Shown here in pieces: positions 1-9,093 of a stretch of DNA of 64,000 nucleotides. Where the stretch lies: positions 22,645-86,644 of the forward strand of contig JACPSL010000011.1 of assembly GCA_016193285.1 (NCBI GenBank). The letters are read 5' to 3'. The notes below the pieces were generated by a model. It had not been told where the DNA came from. It saw only the letters and a program-made list of their open reading frames with translations, and did not search any database. Origin of the DNA: Candidatus Melainabacteria bacterium (lineage in GTDB: Bacteria > Cyanobacteriota > Vampirovibrionia > 2-02-FULL-35-15). A program made the translations under genes and the position numbers. Positions within the stretch are counted from its first letter, which is position 1. Every line of letters starts with the position of its first letter.

Positions 1-151
1 CAGGTTCATACCCAAGGTTCATTCGTAAAACACCTGGAATATATTTTTTCTTTTTAAGATTAGTACAACTAAAAGAAGGAAATAAAATTGAACTAAGCAA
101 CAATTTATCAAACTCTCTACGGGATAGCATAGTAGTTATTTTAGAGTATTT

Positions 152-223
152 AGCCGCCAGCAGGACTTGAACCTGCGACCTAGTGTTTACGAAACACTTG
201 CTCTACCACTGAGCTATGGCGGC
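152..223 (-). tRNA. tRNA-Thr (anticodon CGU)
   Basis: The reverse complement reads GCCGCCATAGCTCAGTGGTAGAGCA...AGTGT-TTCGTAA-ACACT...GCAGGTTCAAGTCCTGC-TGGCGGC-T. The 7-bp acceptor stem, D-arm, anticodon stem-loop and T-arm (GTTCAAGTCC) are all perfect. The anticodon CGT sits at positions 34-36. No CCA is encoded. Confidence 0.85.
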
Positions 224-231
224 ACATTAAG

Positions 232-915
232 TCAAACCAAAATTTCATTTAATTTATTTTTTATATCCAAAAAAACATCCTGCGGTTCTCTTGTAGCATC
301 TATTTCTACAAACCCATAGTCCTTTGACATTTGATCAAGTTCAGCTATTAAATTAGTTTGATAATTTACAAAACTTTCATATAAATCATTACCTAATCTT
401 AAGTCCATTCCTGACTCCCAAAAATTAAATCCTTTTGATCCAAGCACACGAGGTATTAAATCCTTTACAGCAATTTTTAAATAAAAAATAATATCAGGCT
501 TTAATGCTGTTCCATAAATTTCTTTCAGCCATGCTTTGTCAACACCACGTACTATTGCTCTTATAATTAAAGAGTAAATATAACGATCATTTAAAACAAT
601 AAACCCAGCTTTTAAGGCAGGTAAGATTTGCTTTTCAAACCTGTCTGCAAAATCAGTAGCGTAAAACAAGCTTAGGGTTGTTGGACCTAAAGTATGTCCT
701 TCCTTAGCTCTCTTAATACCTTTTCCTGCAAGTTCAGATCTTGCTGCGCCAGTATCAACTACAGCAAACCCTTGACTTTCAAGATAAGACCTCAGCATTA
801 ATGTTTGAGTTGTCCTGCCAACTCCATCAGTTCCTTCAATAACAATAAGCTTGCCAGGATAGACAGAACTATCAAGTTTATATGAGTGCAATCCATAAAA
901 ATCTAGTTTGGTCAT
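232..915 (-). CDS. thymidylate kinase-like protein (dTMP kinase family) with an atypical P-loop
   Basis: P-loop-like LIVIEGTDGVGRTT plus the DRYIYS (DRY) motif typical of Tmk. The start is placed at the internal Met (MTKLDF...) because the ORF-track N-terminal extension looks non-native. The P-loop has Arg where the conserved Lys sits in GxxGxGK[ST]. Confidence 0.55.
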   Translation of the reverse strand: MTKLDFYGLHSYKLDSSVYPGKLIVIEGTDGVGRTTQTLMLRSYLESQGFAVVDTGAARSELAGKGIKRAKEGHTLGPTTLSLFYATDFADRFEKQILPALKAGFIVLNDRYIYSLIIRAIVRGVDKAWLKEIYGTALKPDIIFYLKIAVKDLIPRVLGSKGFNFWESGMDLRLGNDLYESFVNYQTNLIAELDQMSKDYGFVEIDATREPQDVFLDIKNKLNEILV

Positions 916-970
916 AAATGAGATATTACCATGATAACATCTACTTTGGAAACTAAAGAAGCAAAGATAA

Positions 971-1672
971 ATGGATATCTTAAGCAAGATTTCAATCTCA
1001 AAAAAAGAAATAAGTAAATTTGAGATTACTCAAAAGAATCCTCTTGGATTAACATGTGAAAAAATAGCCAAAAATCCACGAGACATAAATTTCAGTCAAA
1101 TAAAAGAAGCAATCGAAAATATTTTACTTCCTGAAAATCTAACAGATCTTATAAGAAGTTCAATTGAGTTTATACTTAAAGATCTTTTTTTATACATGCA
1201 CCAGACAGGTTTATACAATAGGCAACTTAAGCTCTGGAAAACAATTGCAAACATAACACAAATATCAATTTTTAAATTACAAGAAAGGATCTTTAAAAAG
1301 AGGGACTTAAACATACTGATGATAGACTTCTTTATTGATCCTAAGTCCCCGTGTATGAAGGCAATATTGGATCAAAATGAAGAAATTAGTTATGAACACT
1401 TTAAGAAGTTTTTAAACCAAACAACTTTTGAAAGCAATACAAACAGATTAAAAGGGATCTTTTACTTTCTTAAACCAAAACTAGATGACCATTTTGTTTT
1501 AAAACTTATTCAAGACACTTGCTCAATTGATGCAATTTCAAGATATGAATCAATATTAAATGGGACTAAAGATGTAAGATTAAATGTTATAAACTTTAAT
1601 GAGAAGGACAAAAAATATGAGTTCAAACTTGCATATCCAAATGTCACACGTCATGAAAAACAAAAACACTAA
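971..1672 (+). CDS. hypothetical protein
   Basis: 233-aa ORF that fills the gap between the tmk-like gene and hisA. No recognisable motif. Confidence 0.4.
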   Translation: MDILSKISISKKEISKFEITQKNPLGLTCEKIAKNPRDINFSQIKEAIENILLPENLTDLIRSSIEFILKDLFLYMHQTGLYNRQLKLWKTIANITQISIFKLQERIFKKRDLNILMIDFFIDPKSPCMKAILDQNEEISYEHFKKFLNQTTFESNTNRLKGIFYFLKPKLDDHFVLKLIQDTCSIDAISRYESILNGTKDVRLNVINFNEKDKKYEFKLAYPNVTRHEKQKH

Positions 1673-2429
1673 TTTTGAAATAATACCTGCTATTGATATC
1701 TTAGATGGCAAGTGTGTACGTCTAACCCAAGGTCAGTATAATCTTGTTGAAGAATTTTCAAATAATCCTAAAGAAATTGCAAAGAAGTGGATAAGTTTAG
1801 GTGCTACAAGGTTGCACATAGTTGATTTAAACGGTGCAAAAGAAGGATACCCAGTAAATTACAAGACTATAACCAAAATACTAAAAGCAGCACAAGAGAC
1901 TAATAAAGAAATCAAAATCCAAGTTGGCGGGGGGATTAGAACACATGAATCTATAAGAAACTACTTAAATGAAGGGGTAAGTTATCTAATTCTTGGAACC
2001 AAAGTACTACAAGACAAAGTATTCCTTAAAGAAGTTACCAAGAGCTACCTTGAAAAAATAATTATCAGCTTGGATATGAAAAACAACAAGATAGCCATTT
2101 CAGGATGGCAAGAAACAACAGACACTAGCCTAAGCAGCCTGGCTTCAGACATTAAAGACATCAAACAAATTATTTACACAGATATATCAAAAGATGGTAC
2201 TTTAAGGGGTCCAAATCTTGTTTCTTTAAAAGAAATTGCTTCTTTGTTAAACTCAAATATCATAGTCTCAGGTGGTATCTCTACAATAAAAGATATCCAA
2301 ACAATTTTAGACATAAAAGCCTTGGAACATCAAAACATCTCCGGGGTAATCCTTGGTAAGTCTCTCTACAAAGGAACCATAAACTTAAATGAGGCAATTG
2401 AACTAGCTAAAAAAAATTCCAAGCAGTAA
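1653..2429 (+). CDS. hisA: 1-(5-phosphoribosyl)-5-[(5-phosphoribosylamino)methylideneamino]imidazole-4-carboxamide isomerase
   Basis: N-terminal IIPAIDILDGKCVRLTQGQY and C-terminal SGGISTIKDI are classic HisA (TIM barrel) signatures. The start is placed at MKNKNT, giving ~258 aa. Confidence 0.8.
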   Translation: MKNKNTNFEIIPAIDILDGKCVRLTQGQYNLVEEFSNNPKEIAKKWISLGATRLHIVDLNGAKEGYPVNYKTITKILKAAQETNKEIKIQVGGGIRTHESIRNYLNEGVSYLILGTKVLQDKVFLKEVTKSYLEKIIISLDMKNNKIAISGWQETTDTSLSSLASDIKDIKQIIYTDISKDGTLRGPNLVSLKEIASLLNSNIIVSGGISTIKDIQTILDIKALEHQNISGVILGKSLYKGTINLNEAIELAKKNSKQ

Positions 2430-2826
2430 GCTAAAGTGCAGTGAGTGATGTTACTTTTCTAAAAGCGTAGTTGACGAAATTATAAAAAGACGTTAATTTG
2501 CTATTAATAAAGGGTATACTTAATAAGTAAAATAAATGCAGGTGTTTACTGAATGACAGCATGCATCTTTAAAAATAAATTACAAAATAAAAATTAATGC
2601 CAAAAAAGAAAAAAAACAATAATGTAACAAATACAATTGACAAACGCTTTCCCAATGTGCATTTGACGATAGCCCCAAGCTCTATAATTCTTACTACTCA
2701 GACATTGGCCAGCAGAATTGAAATGCAACGTCCTAAAAAAAACAGATCAATTTGGCAAACACAAGAACCATTTGAACACGGGTGAACACAGATAAAAGAA
2801 TTGCAATTTAAGGAAAGGAGAAACTA

Positions 2827-2886
2827 ATGGCTAAGAAAATGAAGAAAAAAGCAGCAAAAAAAGCAAGCAAAAAAAGAAAAAGATAA
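2827..2886 (+). CDS. putative 19-aa lysine-rich peptide (MAKKMKKKAAKKASKKRKR)
   Basis: A strong Shine-Dalgarno sequence (AGGAAAGGAG) sits 7 nt upstream of the ATG. A perfect 13-bp stem-loop terminator follows immediately at 2912-2944. Confidence 0.3.
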   Translation: MAKKMKKKAAKKASKKRKR

Positions 2887-2911
2887 CAAAAATTGCTGCT
2901 TAGTTCTAGGT

Positions 2912-2944
2912 TCAGCCAAGATAGCCCTTAACTATCTTGGCTGA
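2912..2944 (+). terminator. stem-loop (tcagccaagatag / ctatcttggctga, loop ccctta)
   Basis: Perfect 13-bp inverted repeat downstream of the small basic ORF and upstream of yggT. It is followed by gttgtttg. Confidence 0.45.
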
Positions 2945-2988
2945 GTTGTTTGTAGAGATAGGGTAAACTATAATCTAGAAAGAAAATA

Positions 2989-3240
2989 ATGTCTTTAATA
3001 ATAACGATCTTAATTACTGTTGTACAAGGATATGCTTTCTTAATGTTTATTTGGGTTTTATTATCCTGGATCCCAAATTTGAGGTTTTCTAACTTTTATA
3101 GGTTTTTAGACAGACTATTCCTCCCTTTCCTAGAACCATTTAGACAAATTATTCCCCCAATAAACGGCATAGACATTTCACCAATATTAGGTTTTTTTAC
3201 TTTACAACTAGTAGTTTCATTGCTTGGTCAGTTAGTTTAA
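2989..3240 (+). CDS. YggT family membrane protein (Ycf19-like)
   Basis: 83 aa with two predicted TM segments. The N-terminal [26 protein letters not shown] motif is typical of YGGT-family proteins. The stop overlaps the mraY start (TAATG). Confidence 0.6.
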   Translation: MSLIITILITVVQGYAFLMFIWVLLSWIPNLRFSNFYRFLDRLFLPFLEPFRQIIPPINGIDISPILGFFTLQLVVSLLGQLV

Positions 3241-4217
3241 TGAATAATTGTCACTATCTCATCTTAATTTTAATTTCAGTAGCTAGCTCACTACTTTTAG
3301 GTAAGTCTTTAATTAAACTTCTTAAGTCCTTAAATGCAAAACAAGCCATAAGACAAGAAGGTCCTTTACACCACGTACAAAACAAATCTAGAACTCCTAC
3401 AATTGGCGGATTAATTTTTTTAATCTCGGTTTTGTTTATTATTTTAATAAGTATCATTTTAAATAAAAAACTTTTAAGTTTTGACCTGATTATTGTTCTT
3501 AGCATAACGTTTATCATGGCAATACTTGGTTTTATAGATGATTATTTAAAAGTTATAAAAAAACATAATAAAGGAATATCAGGCTGGATAAAACTTTTCA
3601 TACAGTTTTTAGTAAGCATAGTATTTTTCTCTACATACTATGAAGGAGCTAGTCTAGTTTATCTTTTCTGGGTATTTTTTATAATTAGCGGCTCAAGCAA
3701 CTCTTATAATCTAACTGACGGACTTGATGGGCTTGTTACTAGTATTAGCTTACTAAGCTTTTTAGGTTTTTTTGTCTTATTTTTAACCCAAGGTAAAACA
3801 GAACTTGCTATTTTTTGTGTAATTTTCTTTGGCTCACTTCTAGGATTTTTATACTTCAATAAATACCCGGCTAAAGTTTTTATGGGCGATACTGGAAGTC
3901 TTGCAATAGGTGGTGCAATTGGCTCACTTGCAATTGCATCAAGGGTTGAACTTCTATTAATCTTCTTTGCAACAATACCAATACTAGAAGCACTGTCTGT
4001 AATTCTTCAAGTAGCAAGTTGCCAACTTTCAAAAAGATTTTTAGGAGTTGATCAAAGAATATTTAAAATGACACCACTTCATCATCATTTTGAGTTAAGT
4101 GGGTGGAAAGAAACTGACATAGTAAAAAGTTTTTTTGTGTTTCAGCTTATTTGTGTAATTATTGGGATATCAATCCAGCTCTGGCATAAAAACTTGAGTG
4201 CTGTCATTAAATGGTGA
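3240..4217 (+). CDS. mraY: phospho-N-acetylmuramoyl-pentapeptide-transferase
   Basis: NLTDGLDGL and [12 protein letters not shown] motifs and a polytopic membrane profile. Confidence 0.85.
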   Translation: MNNCHYLILILISVASSLLLGKSLIKLLKSLNAKQAIRQEGPLHHVQNKSRTPTIGGLIFLISVLFIILISIILNKKLLSFDLIIVLSITFIMAILGFIDDYLKVIKKHNKGISGWIKLFIQFLVSIVFFSTYYEGASLVYLFWVFFIISGSSNSYNLTDGLDGLVTSISLLSFLGFFVLFLTQGKTELAIFCVIFFGSLLGFLYFNKYPAKVFMGDTGSLAIGGAIGSLAIASRVELLLIFFATIPILEALSVILQVASCQLSKRFLGVDQRIFKMTPLHHHFELSGWKETDIVKSFFVFQLICVIIGISIQLWHKNLSAVIKW

Positions 4218-4820
4218 GCTGTGATCTGTTGAAACTATATCTAAAAAGTTATTTGTAAGCAAAAACGACAAGATAGTTACTATTTTCCGCCTGTTGTAAC
4301 CAAGCTGGTTTGCAATCTCTCCTAGAGATTTTGTCCCATCTGCTGCATGTAAGAATTCTTGATCTGCCTGAGCTAGATGAATTGTACCTTCTTCTTCTTC
4401 AGTAATCATCCTTGCAATTTCTTCATCTGACTTAGCTTTTAAAATTGTTTTTGAATTTATTCCAAGCTTACAAAGCTTCCTCCATCTTTCATCGTATCTA
4501 GCACCAGTTAAAATTAAATCCTCAGTTGGCCTCTTAATAGTTTTAGGTCTTTGAATTGGTAAAGAATAAAATGCAAACCTGCCTACAAGCCATAAAAATA
4601 TTTCATATATTGCATCTTCTCCATCATATGTAAGTACATGGGCATCAATAATTTGACCATGTTCAAAATACATGACTCCATACAAGGCGCCTTTTTTTAC
4701 TTGTAAAACTCCATTAGCATTACAATCATTAAGTAACTGTAATATATGAACTAAATTAAATTCTGAAAGTTCACCTGAGAGAACTGGCGAGGTGAGGGTT
4801 TGTTGTACAGTAGTTTCCAT
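4170..4820 (-). CDS. DUF4388-like domain protein
   Basis: [23 protein letters not shown]...[11 protein letters not shown] resembles the DUF4388 (PatA-like) N-terminal domain. The 3' end overlaps the mraY end by 48 nt, convergently. Confidence 0.45.
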   Translation of the reverse strand: METTVQQTLTSPVLSGELSEFNLVHILQLLNDCNANGVLQVKKGALYGVMYFEHGQIIDAHVLTYDGEDAIYEIFLWLVGRFAFYSLPIQRPKTIKRPTEDLILTGARYDERWRKLCKLGINSKTILKAKSDEEIARMITEEEEGTIHLAQADQEFLHAADGTKSLGEIANQLGYNRRKIVTILSFLLTNNFLDIVSTDHSSPFNDSTQVFMPELD

Positions 4821-4982
4821 AAAAAATTATAGGCCTGGACAAAAGTCCAGCTTTTTAATAACAAGAACCCTATCTATTACTATCATTAACAAAAAACAAG
4901 GCTCTCTTGATAAATCTGCCACAAAAAGCTTAAAATCAAACAGTCAAAAGTCAATTGCAAAAACAATAGGGTTAAACCTGAT

Positions 4983-6065
4983 ATGAAACGAATTTTAATA
5001 AGTGGCTTTCTAGGGTTTGATAATTTTGGAGATGAAGCTCTTTTACATGTCTTAATCAGAGATTTACTTTCCCTTGGTGTTCAAAAGCAAAATATAACTG
5101 TACTTTCTCGTAATCCAGACAAAACAAGAAAAACATATGGTGTAAATGCTGTAAACAGGTGGGACTTTTTTGACCTAGTGTATGTTTTACTAAGCCATGA
5201 TCTTTTAATTTTCCTAGGCGGATTATTTCAAGATAAAACAAGTTTCAAAAGTTTTTTATATTATTTCTTCCAACTTTTTATAGCAGGTATTTCTCAGAAA
5301 ATAATTTCTTTTTATGGCGGCGGATTTGGACCATTCCAAAGAAAAATCTCACAAATTTTATTTAATTTTGGGATGAAGAATGTTCACTTACTGTCAGTTA
5401 GAGATCAAGTTTCAGCAAATCTTACATCTGGTGAAAGAAATATTTTAGTGACATGTGACCCTGTCTGGTCAATTACACCTGACTATACATTCCAAGACAA
5501 AATTCCAAATATAAACTGGCATTTGCCAGTTCTAGGTATTACCATGAGAAATGATAAAAACTTAAAGGACTACCACATAACTAATCTTGCTGACAAATTT
5601 GCTAGAGTTCTTCATAGCATGAAGGATTGGCAAGCTTTACTTATCCCTTGCATGCCAGCTAGGGATCTGCCACTTTTACTTGAACTTCAAGACTTAATAA
5701 TAAAAAGACTTCCAGACAAGTCTAGGGTTTCTTTAATTGGAAACTTTAATCAGTTCCCAATCGAACAACAAGCAGGAATACTAGCTAGTTGTGATGTAAT
5801 GGTAGGAATGAGATATCATGGTTTGCTTGTTCCTTTAATTAACTCAAAACCAATTTTTGCTTTTATCTTTGATCAAAAAGTAAAATCACTTGTTGAGTTT
5901 AGTGGTCAGGTAGGTATTTTCTATAAAGATGATTTTGAGCAGCCGTGGAGTTATTTTTGGCAAAATCTTGGGCATTCTGCAACAAAAGCACAAGAAGCAA
6001 TACAAAAAGCTAATGAACTACATAAGAGAAATATTGGGCTTTTAGAATTTCTGGTGAAAGCCTAG
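4983..6065 (+). CDS. polysaccharide pyruvyl transferase family protein (CsaB-like)
   Basis: The N-terminal ILISGFLGFDNFGDEALLHVLIRDL motif is characteristic of the PS_pyruv_trans family. Confidence 0.6.
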   Translation: MKRILISGFLGFDNFGDEALLHVLIRDLLSLGVQKQNITVLSRNPDKTRKTYGVNAVNRWDFFDLVYVLLSHDLLIFLGGLFQDKTSFKSFLYYFFQLFIAGISQKIISFYGGGFGPFQRKISQILFNFGMKNVHLLSVRDQVSANLTSGERNILVTCDPVWSITPDYTFQDKIPNINWHLPVLGITMRNDKNLKDYHITNLADKFARVLHSMKDWQALLIPCMPARDLPLLLELQDLIIKRLPDKSRVSLIGNFNQFPIEQQAGILASCDVMVGMRYHGLLVPLINSKPIFAFIFDQKVKSLVEFSGQVGIFYKDDFEQPWSYFWQNLGHSATKAQEAIQKANELHKRNIGLLEFLVKA

Positions 6066-6802
6066 TGCGAACAAGGATATTAGATCAGCCAATTGACATA
6101 GTAAATATGAATGAAGCTATTTACATAGTTAAAATGTCACTTACCCATCCAAAACAACTCAGGATAATTACTTTAAATCCTGAAATGGTAGTAAATGCTG
6201 CTAGTAGTTTTGAATTCCAGGCTGCTATAAACAATGCTGATTTAATTGTCCCTGATGGTACCGGCATTGTATGGGGATTAAAACTAAAAGGTTATAAAGA
6301 GATAGAAAGAATCCCTGGTATAGAATTAGCTGAAGGGGTACTAGACTTAGCTAATGATCTTTCAAAAAGTGTTGCAATCTTTGGAGGAAGGGAAGAAACA
6401 CTACAAAGAGTTACAGAAGTTTTCAAAATAAAATATCCAAACATAAAGCTTGTAAAAACAATTGATGGTTATCAAGGAGAGAGTAAAGAAGAAAAAAATG
6501 CAAACAACATTGCATGTGAGAATCCAAATATTGTTTTAGTTGCACTTGGAACACCAAGACAAGAAATATGGATAAACAAATACGCTAAATTATTTCCTCA
6601 AAGCTTAATGATTGGGATTGGAGGAAGCTTAGATATTTGGTCTGGCAAAAAAAACAGAGCGCCAATGTGGGCAAGAAAAAATAATTTAGAGTGGGTGTAC
6701 AGAGTAATCAGTGAGCCTAAAAGGGCAATAAGAATTTTAAAAACCTTGCCAAAGTTTGTATGGATGATTATATCTTCACTCCAAACAAGACAGGATTTTT
6801 AA
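6065..6802 (+). CDS. WecB/TagA/CpsF family glycosyltransferase (N-acetylmannosaminyltransferase-like)
   Basis: ILDQPIDIVNMNEAI, VPDGTGIVWG and GGSLDIWSGKKNRAPMWARKNNLEWVYR are family signatures. The start overlaps the preceding gene by 1 nt. Confidence 0.7.
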   Translation: MRTRILDQPIDIVNMNEAIYIVKMSLTHPKQLRIITLNPEMVVNAASSFEFQAAINNADLIVPDGTGIVWGLKLKGYKEIERIPGIELAEGVLDLANDLSKSVAIFGGREETLQRVTEVFKIKYPNIKLVKTIDGYQGESKEEKNANNIACENPNIVLVALGTPRQEIWINKYAKLFPQSLMIGIGGSLDIWSGKKNRAPMWARKNNLEWVYRVISEPKRAIRILKTLPKFVWMIISSLQTRQDF

Positions 6803-8273
6803 ATACATTTATCTTTGTAGTAAGTGCAAGTAGAGTCTTTGTAACAAAAATTGCCGAGAACATGCTAACTAAAACACCAATTGCAAGAGTAATTGCAAAG
6901 CCCCTTACTATACCAGTTCCAAAAATTAAAAGTACAAAACATGCAATTAAAGTATTTATATTACTGTCAAATATACTGCTAAAGGCTCTTTCAAAGCCTG
7001 CATCAATTGCATTAAAAAAACTTTTCCCGGCTTTTAGTTCTTCCTTTGTTCTTTCAAAAATTAAAATATTTGCATCAACTGCCATACCTATACTTAAAAT
7101 AAATCCAGCAATGCCAGCTAAAGTAAGTGTTACTGTATGTTCAAAAATTGTAATTGTAACAAGAGTGTATAAAAGAAGTGCAATACTTGCAATGATACCA
7201 GGCAGTCTATAAAAAACAATCATAAATAAGATTACAAGTAAAATCCCATAAATACCAGCTATAAGGCTTTTATTTATTGAGTCCTGCCCTAGTGTAGCCC
7301 CAACTGATCTTTCCTGGATTATTTTTACAGGAACTGGAAGAGCACCTGCATTTAACTGGACTGCAAGATCCTGAGCTTCTTCTGCAGTAAATCTTCCTTC
7401 GATTTGTCCTTCACCACCAGTTATAGCTGATCTAACTATAGGACTTGAAATTAATCTGCCATCTAAAAATATTGCAAGAGGTTTTTCAATCAACCTCTCA
7501 GTTAATCTGCCAAATTTTTCAATGGCTGGTCCCTTAAGTGAAAAAGTTATAAGCCAGTTCCCTGCTCCATCTGTAACTGCTTGTGCTCTCTTTAAATCCT
7601 TACCAGTAATTCCTGTAGAAAGCCAGATATAATCATCAGCTTTATCTTTTTGGGGGTTAATTTTTTCACCTGGCTTTGCATTAACAAGTTTTGCTGGTTC
7701 TTTAAATTCTAAAAAAGCTGTTTTTAGCAGTCTTCTTTTTACTGTTTCTGGCTCAGCACCTGGTATTTCTACAAGTACCCTATCCTTCCCAACCTGTTGC
7801 ACAATAGCTTCAGCTGTACCAGAAGCATTAACCCTATTTTCAAAAACTTTTATTAAGCCTGATACAGTTTGATTTGTTATTTCCACACCACCTTCTGGTA
7901 CTGCCTGAAAAGTTAATTGAGCTCCACCAACAAGATCTAAACCTAACATAAGTTGTGTTGTAAGTGTAACAAGTGGATTTTGAAATATAACCTGAGAATC
8001 TTTAATTTTTGTTTCAAGTTCTTTAATAGCTTTGCTTGAAAGATTTTTTTCTTTTATAAATTCCTGAAGAGGATCTTCTACATTTTCAGCCAAGCTAACT
8101 ACTCTTTCAGTAACAACAGACTCTCTATTAATTTTTGCCTGGTTTAATTCACCTTCAAGTTTTTTAAGATGATTGTATGAGCCTGTTAAATAAAATGAGA
8201 AGAATGAAAAGAAAGATATTAAAAAAGTTGCAAGTATTATAAATAAACGAAAATTTCTTTTTAAAAAGTTCAC
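6768..8273 (-). CDS. secD: protein translocase subunit SecD
   Basis: LGLDLVGGAQLTFQA periplasmic motif and a C-terminal 6-TM SecD/F region. secF lies ~45 kb away at 52977-53963. Confidence 0.8.
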   Translation of the reverse strand: MNFLKRNFRLFIILATFLISFFSFFSFYLTGSYNHLKKLEGELNQAKINRESVVTERVVSLAENVEDPLQEFIKEKNLSSKAIKELETKIKDSQVIFQNPLVTLTTQLMLGLDLVGGAQLTFQAVPEGGVEITNQTVSGLIKVFENRVNASGTAEAIVQQVGKDRVLVEIPGAEPETVKRRLLKTAFLEFKEPAKLVNAKPGEKINPQKDKADDYIWLSTGITGKDLKRAQAVTDGAGNWLITFSLKGPAIEKFGRLTERLIEKPLAIFLDGRLISSPIVRSAITGGEGQIEGRFTAEEAQDLAVQLNAGALPVPVKIIQERSVGATLGQDSINKSLIAGIYGILLVILFMIVFYRLPGIIASIALLLYTLVTITIFEHTVTLTLAGIAGFILSIGMAVDANILIFERTKEELKAGKSFFNAIDAGFERAFSSIFDSNINTLIACFVLLIFGTGIVRGFAITLAIGVLVSMFSAIFVTKTLLALTTKINVFKNPVLFGVKI

Positions 8274-8321
8274 GAGTATTTAGAATAACACAGCTTAAGC
8301 CTTCTAAGATAAAATAGTACT

Positions 8322-8990
8322 ATGCCAAACTCAAAAATTCTAATTGCTCCTTCAATCTTATCTGCGGATTTTTCAGATCTTAGAAATGAGGTTAAAAAAG
8401 TTGAAGAAGCAGGTGCAGACTGGATTCATGTAGATGTTATGGATGGGCAATTTGTACCAAACATTACAATTGGTGCGCCAGTAGTAAGATGCATAAGACA
8501 AACTACAAAACTACCTCTTGATGTTCATCTAATGATTGCCCATCCTGATAATCACATTAAAGATTTTGTAGATGCAGGTGCAAACATTATCACTGTTCAT
8601 ACAGAGGCTTGTAACCATCTTCAAAGAACACTTGTACACATTAAAGACTTAGGATGCAAAGCAGGCATATCATTTAATCCTCACACACCAGTTGAATCAT
8701 TAAAGTATGTTTTAGAAATTGTTGATTTGGTTTTAATCATGACTGTAAATCCTGGTTTTGGCGGCCAGAGTTTTATTAGTTCTGTAGTACCAAAAATATC
8801 AGAAGCAAAAAAAATGTTTGACGATGCTAAGTTAACTAATAAATATATTGAAGTGGATGGTGGTATTAATATACAAACAGCGCCCATTGTAAGGTCTGCA
8901 GGGGCTAATGTTCTTGTTAGTGGTAACGCTATTTATAGCTTAAAATCTCACATAGAAATTCAAAAAACCATAAATAAAATGAAAGCATAA
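8322..8990 (+). CDS. rpe: ribulose-phosphate 3-epimerase
   Basis: ILIAPSILSADFSDL...HVDVMDGQFVPNIT and VNPGFGGQSF motifs. Confidence 0.85.
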   Translation: MPNSKILIAPSILSADFSDLRNEVKKVEEAGADWIHVDVMDGQFVPNITIGAPVVRCIRQTTKLPLDVHLMIAHPDNHIKDFVDAGANIITVHTEACNHLQRTLVHIKDLGCKAGISFNPHTPVESLKYVLEIVDLVLIMTVNPGFGGQSFISSVVPKISEAKKMFDDAKLTNKYIEVDGGINIQTAPIVRSAGANVLVSGNAIYSLKSHIEIQKTINKMKA

Positions 8991-9093
8991 GATTAAATTA
9001 ATTTAACGTACTGATTTTTAACAAGTTCTTTACCTAAACAAGAGTAAATTACTCCAGGCTTTTTCCAGGTCCTTTAGCAATTAAAAATTTGTT

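Noticed and set aside
1-151. Possible partial gene at the window start
   Set aside because: No ORF of useful length in any frame. Treated as non-coding flank downstream of tRNA-Thr.
2597-2785. 62-aa ORF (MPKKKKNNNVTNT...) in the hisA-yggT gap
   Set aside because: Low-complexity, no SD, poly-A-tract derived. The 19-aa ORF with SD and terminator further downstream is the better candidate if anything is expressed here.
3254-3517. 87-aa minus-strand ORF inside mraY
   Set aside because: Antisense to a highly confident mraY coding region. AT-rich antisense frames commonly stay open.
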